The position numbers and the translations under genes were made by a program. A stretch of DNA of 20,000 nt from Spirogloea muscicola. Lineage: Eukaryota. Below, piece by piece: positions 12,173-20,000 of the stretch. The DNA lies in the NCBI GenBank assembly GCA_009602725.1, contig WELB01000026.1:669481-689480 (forward strand). The letters are read 5' to 3'. Position 1 is the first letter of the stretch. Every line of letters starts with the position of its first letter. The notes beneath the pieces are model-generated. The model was not told the origin of the DNA. It was given only the letters and a program-made list of their open reading frames with translations, and did not search any database.

Positions 12173-12519
12173 GAGGTGAACCTTTGCTGGGCAGCTGAAG
12201 ATTGGTTGCACAGCCAGCGGGTTGCATACGTCTTTGGAGCAGGTCACTTCTGGACTAACGTACGTAAGAATTTATATGCTGGAACTTCGTCAAGAAGCTT
12301 CAGTCCTTCACTTGAGGTTCACTGCCAAGAAACCCTTCTCAACTGCCTTCCGCATGGCAAGAAGTTGTAGATGCCTCCTCGACTGTCGCGCGAGACCAAA
12401 GTTTGGCTCATTGCTGGATGAGTCGTGTTTGCTCGTGCAAAATTACCAAGGAAGGAATCTACCTCACGACCATTAGTTGCTGTTGTCTATGTATTGCAGG
12501 TTGCGCGATGTGATGAAAC

Positions 12520-12555
12520 TGTTGACGTGCTTGGCCTTGTTGACGTGCTTGGCCT
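12520..12555. repeat. Perfect 18-bp tandem duplication
   Basis: tgttgacgtgcttggcct x2. Confidence 0.85.
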
Positions 12556-13602
12556 CTCAATGTGTTGTTGTGAGCTTGACCATAATCGGCTTGGAGGCTC
12601 ATCTGGTGGGACATCACATTAGCAAAGGCGAGGCTCGCGAAGTGATCTAGCATTTTTGAGAATCCTCCCCGCCGCCATTTGCGACCATACCAGCAAAGGC
12701 TGTGAAGGTGCGGGCACCACCTGCTGGACTAGTCAAGAAGAGTGGATGGCAGGCAGGCAAAAGGCGGATGAGTGATCTCCATAGCTGAAATATACAGGAA
12801 ACAATCTGATGGAGAAGCGGTGGGATGATGGACATTTGAGGTCTAGTATGGATCAGGGACTATGGCCTTATTGTTCATGTCCTTCACTTGGTGGCTGGGT
12901 GAGGAGAACATGTTGCACAAAGAAGGCGCCAACAAGAGAAAGGACGCCCCAATTTGGAAGCGGGAGCAGCACCTCACGCTAATTATGTATAGGTATCACT
13001 TCGTGATGCTGTCCTCTACCACCATCATTTTCCTGCTCAACAATCTCTTCGAACGTACTTCACACGCATGACTCCCTTGGAGGAGGTCCGCATCCCTTTG
13101 CCCACCCTTACAGCTGCAGGCTCCGACCACGATCACACAATCATGTCAGCCCAGCGTAGGGCAACTGAAGGCGCCAGATCTGGCCGCAGCGCACAATGTT
13201 GGAAGGTGGGATTATATAGTGGGGTCTTGAGAGACAGAGAGCGGTGTTCTCACGGACGAGGAGCTGGGACGCGGGGACACAAGGAATTGCTCCTTGGTAG
13301 GAGACGGTGGGTCTGAGAGGAAGTCCCAGGAGTGGGAAACCAGCGGCAGTAATCGGGGCTAAACCGGGTTACCATCGATACGCTATATGTACCTGCGGGA
13401 TGACCGGGTTACCGTGGATAAGCTGGATTAGCGCGGAAGTAGTCAACAAATCATTCTACACGTGATCAACAGAGTAAAACCAACAAGTGTAAAAGGAGAC
13501 TTGGCGATATTTAGATGATAGACTCTGCAGAATATATAGAGCACAGAAGGAATGGCAAATATATTTATCTGATAATTAGAGCACAGCTGGCGAATATAAT
13601 GT

Positions 13603-14737
13603 CTATTCCCATTAGGATTCGGGATCGACTACTATGCAGAATCTGCATGGAATAGATCAGAATGGCGTCAATTCGGAATACGCATAGCGATGCTTCCTCT
13701 GTTGAAGGGAAAAAGGCATAGTGGTATACCAGCTTGCAGCAGCATTGTCATTGACACTTTTCCCAAAGGTAGGAAATATTCGGAAGCTGATGGGGATTGC
13801 TCTGCTCTGATATATACAGACATATATACAGACCGGGGAGAACCAGATGGCTTCTATCGAGGCCGAGGAGGCACCAGTACGGGAGATAACACACTCCGCA
13901 TGCCCATCCTCCAGCAAGAGGAGCCTGGCAGTTTCAGGCGTGGTGGACAACCACGTACCACCAAGAACAGCACGACTTATCCAGCCGATACCTTCTGCAG
14001 GGCTCTCCAATGTGGCTTTGGAGGAGATGGAGGTGGATCGGAGTATTGATTTTATCAAGGCTTCCGGGCTGTGTTTTCCCTTGGTCGCCCACATGCGTGC
14101 AGAAGACGCCTGGTTGGCGCAGACGCTTGCAACGAAGACGCCACCTCTTGCATCGAATGCAGGCCATGAGGATGTGGAGTCAATCGGTACTTTCTACAAT
14201 GGTATCATTCCTTGGACGGTGCCTGATGAGGGTATCGTTTTGGTTGAAGTGTTCGGGGGTACTGCCAATGGGTTTCGAGCCGCTATGTCCAGCCACATCA
14301 AAGTAGCTCGTTATGTCTACATTGACAATGACTCAGCAGCCAGGGGTTTAGCCCAATAGGTGTAGGTAGAGGCTTCAATTGACCTAGAGACGGCTTTATT
14401 CAAGCCCTTCATGAAGTTTCTGCATGCAGTATAAGCGCGGCAGACAAAGAACCTTGGCTATATTGTGGAGAACGTGGAGCCACGGAAGAATCATCTGAAG
14501 GCGCGATTCGACTGCAACTCCGTTTGTGATGTACTCGGGCCTTACACCGTTTTGGACGCCGCTTATCTGGGTTCTTTGACAGATCGACGCCGTGTCCATT
14601 GGACCAACCTTGCCCCGGCGAAGATGCTGCAGGCATGCATCAACCGACAACGTCGCCCTTCCAAACCTGTACGCCTATATGGCTTTTGGACCCAGGTCGC
14701 GGTGTTGCGCCTGTGGACTACAACCGTCGACTTTTTC
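13603..14737 (+). mobile_element. Retrotransposon pol fragment: protease C-terminus, linker, C5 DNA methyltransferase (decayed)
   Basis: 13603-14131 is a close inverted copy of 15876-16394 (GIDYYAESAW...MLPLLKGKR...AEDAW.AQTLA), with a 12-bp duplication atatatacagac. ORF 13847-14359 continues in frame into methyltransferase motif I. Confidence 0.88.
14243..14737 (+). pseudogene. DNMT3-like C5-cytosine DNA methyltransferase domain remnant encoded in retrotransposon pol
   Basis: Motif I-like VEVFGG (14243-14260); motif II-like IKVARYVYIDND; motif V-like D.ETALF; motif VI ENV (14468-14476); motifs VII/VIII LDAAYLGSLTDRRRVHWTNL (to ~14611). Catalytic motif IV (PC) is absent, consistent with a deletion near 14357-14380. 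Stops TAG 14357-14359 and TAA 14432-14434; truncated by an LTR at 14738. Confidence 0.85.
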
Positions 14738-15340
14738 CAGTAAAGCTTGTGCAAGCAACTAGATGTCAACAAATACTCAATGCAGGTGTGAGATCGATCG
14801 TGTAGTCCGATATTGATTGATAGTCACCCGGTCGGTAACCAATTTGATAGTAACTCGAGCCAGAACGGGGGCCTAGCCCAGCCTATTTGGTAAGGGGGGC
14901 CAAGCCCAGGCCTATCTACTTCGGACAGGCTCCAAGCCTTGATGTAGACGGGGGTCCAAACAAGATGCAATCTGCACTCTTGCAAGGAACAAAGATGCTG
15001 GATATATGCAACACCTCAGAGCAACGCAAGGTTACGCTTGTCAGACGTTCAACAACACACGAGGTCACAATCTTTGTGTCTTACCACGTGTGTCCGGTCT
15101 TACGCGCCGGTGACAGAAGTCTTCTCCGCTAAGTCTCTCCCTCTGGCTTTTGCCGTTGTCCCCGCCGCTGTTGCCGCTGCTGTTGCCGTCGCTGCTGCTG
15201 TTACTGCCGCCGCTGCCGCCGTTGCTGCTGCTGCTGCCGTCACTGTCGTCGCCACCTCCGCTGTTACAACAACGAGCGTAGCGTGCGCGTTCAGTGTCAC
15301 GCCAAGAGGGCGTGGCACAGGTGTCCGCATAATAGAGAGC
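14738..15340 (-). repeat. Rearranged 3' LTR remnant (U5-like part colinear, R-like part inverted)
   Basis: 14738-15119 is a direct match to 18608-18989; 15117-15340 matches the reverse complement of 19005-19238. Confidence 0.85.
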
Positions 15341-15875
15341 ATCTTCAAGGAGGTTTTCTTTGAAGGTGTTCTATATGAAGCCTCTAGAACTGATTATTAT
15401 GTCTTAATCCTAACGCTATCGAGGGCCAGAACGTAGATTAGGTCTTCTGACCCTTTGCGTACCAGGGTTCAAGAAGCGACTGTCTTGACCCCTAGAGGTT
15501 TACATAAGATAGTTATTCGGAGTCGAATAGATTCCAATCCATATCTTCTTCATCGAGAAGACCATTAGAGGAGTCCAAATGCTCTATCAATTTCTCGATT
15601 ATAAGGCCTGCCATGCCTAGATGCTTGTATTCAGGTGTAGGGGTTTCTAAACTAGATCTGTTTTCATTTAATAGATGGATAGATCTAGCCATTAAGTGAG
15701 CTTGGAAATTTACTCGAATTCTTCCGAAGAGTGCGGATAAAGCAGGATCCTTGATATCCGGATACCCAGAACCCTGCCATTCATAGAACCCTTGAACAGT
15801 AATTGGATACTGTAAAGAGGGTTCTTCTTTTTGTGGGACGAGCGGGAAATCCTCCTGCTCTATCCTTCCAGACGC

Positions 15876-16394
15876 TGCAAGCGTCTGCGCCGACCAGGCG
15901 TCTTCTGCACGCATGTGGGCGACCAAGGGAAAACACAGCCTGGAAGCCTTAATCAAATCAGAATTCCGATCCACCTCCGTCTCCTCCAAAGCCACATTGG
16001 AGAGCCCTGCAGAAGGTATCGGCTGGATAAGTCGTGCTGTTCTTGGTGATACAGGGTTGTCCACCACGCCTGAAACTGCCAGGCTCCTATTGCTGGAGGA
16101 TGGGCATGCGGAGTGTGTTATCTCTCGTACTGGTGCCTCATCGGCCTCGATAGAAGCCATCTGGTTCTCCCCTTTGTCTGTATATACCAGAGCAGAGCAA
16201 ACCCCATCAGCTTCCGAATATTTCCTACCTTTGGGAAAAGTATCAATGACAATGCCGCTGCAAGCTGGTATACCACTATTCCTTTTTCCCTTCAACAGAG
16301 GAAGCATCGCTTTGCGTATTCCGGATTGACGCCATTCTGGTCTATACCATGCAGATTCTGCATAGTAGTCGATCCCGGATCCTAATGGGATTAG
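15876..16394 (-). repeat. Post-protease linker, inverted copy of 13603-14131
   Basis: ORF 15513..16535(-) shares MLPLLKGKR.SGIPACS.IVIDTFPKGRKYSEADG and MASIEA.EAPVREITHSACPSSS...AQTLA with ORFs 13690(+) and 13847(+). Confidence 0.9.
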
Positions 16395-16698
16395 GATCTC
16401 AGTTCCCAACAAGACATCATAAGTATCAGCCCTCGTGATGAGACACCGCGGTGAACGAGGTGCATACTTCAGAATCATCAGCATGCAACTTGATACACAA
16501 TGGTTTTTTAGTGACACCCACGACAGTGTCTGCACCGCCGGTTGCTATCCTGATCTTCAAGGTACTAGCACTGATGTCGTCCTTCCCCAGACGGAGTTTC
16601 TTGGCAAAAAGTTGGCTAATAAGGATAGGTTGTGCACCTGTATCAAGTAGCACCAAGGCAGGGGTTGCTACATTGGTATCTGTAGCCAACTTCACCAC
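16330..16698 (-). pseudogene. Retropepsin-type aspartic protease (frameshifted)
   Basis: ALVLLDTGAQPILIS (DTG at 16644-16636) and flap-like IRIATGG; after a frameshift, YDVLLGTEIL. In-frame TGA upstream at 16699-16701. Confidence 0.9.
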
Positions 16699-17089
16699 TC
16701 ACTTGGTATTGTCAAGCATGGCCACCGCGGCGATGATCTCTGTACGCTCAGTCGGAGATCTGCAAGGTTTGATTTCAGGAGCTGACAGAGTCAGAGGGTA
16801 AATTGCGACCATGACAGGTGAGTGCTGTACCACCTGTGATGCGACAACATTTTCAACTTCTCTGGTTGTCAGAAGCATGTCATGCAAAGTCTCCTTAGAT
16901 ACACCAATATCATTCAAGCTGAGAACCGGTGCCTCAAGCATTCTGGTAAGCAGTACTTTAGTAGGCACTGGAAATTTAACAAGCATATCTGCACTGGTAG
17001 CAACCTTCGGAGTCGAGCTACGAACGGGTACAACAATATCACCAGTATCCTTGACTCTGAAACTGGCTGGGTATCGAGCCGTTCCACAA

Positions 17090-18534
17090 GGTGCTTGCTG
17101 AGTAGTTCTATCTCTCCCCTCCTCAGGGGATTGTGAGATGAAGAACCCTGTACGTCTGCAGCTTGAGGGACAAGGTTGGCAACAAGAGCATACCCCTCAT
17201 AGTTGCCCATCTCCTCTTCCTCATCGACGTAGATTTTCTGAGGATTGTATTCCTCGTCTTCTGGGTAATCACCTGCTTCAGGCATGGCAGTAGAAACGAC
17301 TTCAGTCTTGCTATGCTGTTTAGCCAAAGCAAGCTGCTTAGTAAATTCCGCTACCTGCCTCGCCATCTGTTCATATCTGGAGTCAGGTCTATCAGTCGAG
17401 GTTCTGGCAGACAACCCCCTCCCAATAGCACTTTTATTTCTCAAAGCTACAGGCCTCTTATCAGGGAACTTTCCCCAACACTGCTGTTCTAAATGCCCAG
17501 ATTTGGAGCAAAATGAGCATATGGCACCAGATTTCTGATGCCTCTGGGTACAATCTTTCTTAGTGTGCCCTTGCTTACCACATCCATGACACTCTACGAC
17601 TGTCCTAGTCACAGACACGTCTGCTGAACGTGTAGCGACTGGATAGGCTACAAAAGCCTATCCAGTTTTCATACCTCGTGCCTTGTCCGGTGACGAAGCA
17701 GTCGGTTCATAGCAGATGTGCCTTGAGAACCTGCAAAATGTTCATCGGCACATTGTAATTTAAAGTCGTCAGTCTCCTTGTCAAGCATGACTCGGAAGAC
17801 GTCTTCTATGTCGTAGTCCTTCTTGTTAAGATACTGCCGACGCATCATCAGAAGTCCCTGTACTTGACGCAACCCCTTTCCTGCGACAACGCGCAAGAAC
17901 TGATATGCAAGGTCCTTCTGACTTATCTGTGTGTGAGACTGTTCAATCACTTTTAGAAACCGGTAATAACAAACAGTCACAGACTCGTCTTGCGAGCAAT
18001 TCGCATCAATGCCTGCTGGTGAATAATAGTGTCCTCAGGGAAGTGGTGAGCAAGACGATTAAACATCTTGCGTACGGGATCCGTCAGAAGCTGAGGACCT
18101 AGCTGCCTTTCTGCTTCAGATGCATTACTATATACCGGTGTGATCATCTGCAAGATAGTGTCACGCAAACGTCTATAGACATCGCTAGCTTCATGACTGA
18201 GATAACGACTCAGTAAAAGCATAGCATCCTCGCGGCTTATCAGACACTTCTGCATGCGCAGCTCACATATCTCTGCCTCGTAGTGTTCCTCCACTGTTCT
18301 TAGTGAAGAACCACCAGGCGTACCTCTGTACTGTGGACGATCTCCTTGAGACATGATGCGAAGCGGCTGTGGTGTCACCTCTGCTTTTCCTGGAACAGGT
18401 TCAACCGCCGCAGAAACAATGTCCGGAATATCAGCAGCAACTTCAGATATTTCCGCTACGCTATCAATTACTGTAGAAGCAATATCCGGAGTATCAGTCG
18501 GAGTTGCTACTTTACGGCCGGACCTTGAGTCCAT
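17090..18534 (-). pseudogene. Retrotransposon gag with two CX2CX4HX4C zinc knuckles (disrupted)
   Basis: ATG at 18534; consecutive ORF pieces 17977-18534, 17669-17980 and 16914-17618. CHGCGKQGHTKKDC and CSFCSKSGHLEQQC at 17478-17591. The lower boundary is approximate. Confidence 0.88.
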
Positions 18535-18593
18535 ACACTGAATACAAATGAAAATCCAATTGCCGAGAGAATGCAAGAAGTCTTCTTGGCAAG

Positions 18594-18607
18594 AAGTCTT
18601 CTCGGCT
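18594..18607 (-). other. Putative self-priming primer-binding site (AGCCGAGAAGACTT)
   Basis: Directly abuts the LTR end on the element's sense strand, lacks the TGG start of tRNA PBSs, and is the exact reverse complement of the sense-strand sequence at 19238-19225. Confidence 0.65.
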
Positions 18608-19378
18608 CAGTAAAGCTTGTGCAAGCAACTAGATGTTCAACAAATATTCAATGCAGGAGTGAGATCGATCGTGAGTCCAACATAAATAGTCACCCGGTCC
18701 GTAACCAATTTGATAGTAACTCGAGCCAGAACGGGGGCCTAGCCCAGCCTATCTACTTGGTAACGGGGGCCAAGCTCAGGCCTATCTACTCCGGACAGGC
18801 TCCAAGCCTTGATATAGACGGGGGTTCAAACAAGATGCATTTTGCACTCTTGCAAGGAACAAAGATGCTGGATATATGCAACACCTCAGAGCAACGCAAG
18901 GTTATGCTTGTCAGTCGCTCAACAACACACAAGGTCACAATCTTTGTGTCTTACCACGTGTGTCCGGTCTTACGCGCCGGTGACGGAAGCTTCTCGGGGG
19001 TACGGCTCTCTAGCGGCTATTACGCGGACACCTGTGCCACGCCCTCTTGGCGTGACACTGAACGCGCGCGCTACGCTCGTTGTTGTAACAGCGGCGGTGG
19101 CGGCGACAGTGACGGCGGCAGCAGCAGCAACGGCGGCAGCGGCGGCAATAACAGCAGCAGCGACGGCAACAGCAGCGGCAGCGGCGGCGGGGACAGCGGC
19201 AAAAGCCAGAGGGAGAGAGAGACCAGCCGAGAAGACTTGTCCCGGCATCGGTCCTCCGCACCCTTATGCTTGGTCAGGAGAAATACATTGCCTAATGGGG
19301 TGAGCTATTCAGCTAATCTGACCCCCCAGGCCTCAAGGTCAGTGTGACCTGAGACGCACTCCTTTGATTGACCTACCA
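18608..19378 (-). repeat. 5' LTR (U3-R-U5), outer boundary uncertain
   Basis: Contains both segments repeated at 14738-15340, a GCN-rich low-complexity tract (~19090-19200) and a TATA-like box. Sequence beyond 19238 has no second copy in the window. Confidence 0.7.
19263..19268 (-). promoter_or_regulatory. TATA-like box (CATAAG) of the LTR promoter
   Basis: Lies 25-30 nt upstream of the inferred transcript start at 19238; non-canonical first base. Confidence 0.35.
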
Positions 19379-19597
19379 TTTCCCACTACTGTCTAGCTAG
19401 CCGCTTACCTATGGCTTGTCTCAGTCCTTAGCACTCCGACTCCTTCAGATCTTGTCCATTCTTTTGGGCTGGCCTCTCCCAGCCACCAGTTAATCTGGCC
19501 GCACTTGCTTCTTGTCGAGAGGTAAATCGCACCTTCCAACGCGCTTTCTCGGGCTTCCTCGGTCTATGATTGAGGGCCTCTCTGTGCTAAACCTGTG

Positions 19598-19700
19598 CGC
19601 CCGCGTCAGGCGGAACGTGTGCAACGATTGGGTGGTACGCCCCGCGTCAAGCGGAAAGTGTGCAACGATTGGGTGGTACGCCCCGCGTTCGGCGGGAAAT
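19598..19700. repeat. 41-bp tandem repeat, ~2.5 copies
   Basis: cgccccgcgtcaagcggaaagtgtgcaacgattgggtggta units start at 19598, 19638 and 19679 (partial). Confidence 0.9.
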
Positions 19701-19811
19701 GGGCGGCAAATGAACTCGAAACGCCAAGTGGTAACTCTGGCGACAACTTAGCACCACTGCTGACCAAAAGCGAGTGGGAGGTCCCCGCGCTCGCGTCTTC
19801 TCTTGACACTA

Positions 19812-19875
19812 AGAAGAAGTGGCTCTCCCAATGGGGGCAAGGGCTGTGAGAAGCCAGCCCGAAAAGAATTGACAA
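19812..19875 (+). repeat. 64-bp repeat identical to 9158-9221
   Basis: Exact match by direct comparison. Confidence 0.9.
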
Positions 19876-20000
19876 GGTTCGAAGGGGCCAAACTACGAGC
19901 TAAGCAGCGACTGCGGGGCCTGAAGAGGCTATGGCAGAACGGGGGAGGATGGACCACTTAGTAGTTACGAGTGAGGAGCCTCACATCCGACAGACTAGCT

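Larger units (their letters stand above)
14738..19378 (-). mobile_element. Non-autonomous, internally deleted Ty3/gypsy-like LTR retrotransposon (LTR-PBS-gag-protease-linker-unknown-LTR remnant)
   Basis: 382-bp direct repeats 14738-15119 and 18608-18989 bracket a frameshifted gag with 2 CCHC knuckles and a retropepsin; no RT, RNase H or integrase. The right boundary is tentative (CA at 19377-19378 followed by TTTCC, matching 14734-14738). The gypsy assignment is inferred, since RT/integrase order cannot be seen. Confidence 0.85.
19441..19885. mobile_element. Possible MITE/foldback-like unit with imperfect inverted arms
   Basis: 19441-19520 (ccttcagatcttgtccattcttttgggctggcctctcccagcc...cacttgcttcttgtcgaga) resembles the reverse complement of 19801-19885. 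Internal 41-bp tandem repeat. No TSD identified. Confidence 0.45.

Noticed and set aside
12640..13320. Short ORFs and a minus-strand TATA-like ctatataa near 13212-13219
   Set aside because: No recognisable product or element boundaries.
14738..19238. DIRS/Ngaro tyrosine-recombinase element suggested by mixed direct and inverted repeats
   Set aside because: An aspartic protease, LTR-PBS-gag layout and no recombinase motif fit an LTR element with a local inversion better.
18571..19347. 258-aa plus-strand ORF and poly-Ala/Gly-Ser ORFs
   Set aside because: Antisense over the LTR; the second LTR copy breaks the frame and the GCN-rich tract is low complexity.
19239..19347. Peptide RRNTLPNGVSYSAN as a continuation of the DNMT target-recognition region
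   Set aside because: Too short and unsupported; the stretch fits better as LTR U3.
19598..19700. CRISPR-like array
   Set aside because: Contiguous tandem units with no unique spacers, no cas genes, eukaryotic context.

Overview
Eukaryotic, intron-rich genomic DNA, probably from a streptophyte green alga (inferred from plant-like proteins, TTTAGGG-like repeats and the retroelement type). The left 12 kb holds three spliced housekeeping genes: RNPC3/U11-U12-65K (minus, 11 exons, two GC-AG introns) head-to-head with SURF1 (plus, 6 exons), then a zf-C2HC5 ASC-1/TRIP4 homologue (plus, 6 exons). The right 6.4 kb is a rearranged, decayed Ty3/gypsy-like LTR retrotransposon complex. A minus-strand copy has LTR, gag with two CCHC knuckles, aspartic protease and linker, but no RT/RNase H/integrase. 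An inverted plus-strand fragment of the same family runs in frame from that linker into a DNMT3-like C5 cytosine methyltransferase. The 14 nt after the 5' LTR are the exact reverse complement of a site inside that LTR, 25-30 nt downstream of a TATA-like box, suggesting Tf1-type self-primed reverse transcription. Other signals: an inverted LTR segment, CG/CCG-biased transitions between copies, and a 62-bp insertion with an 8-bp flanking duplication that matches sequence 10.6 kb away. All calls come from reading the sequence by hand; no searches were run.
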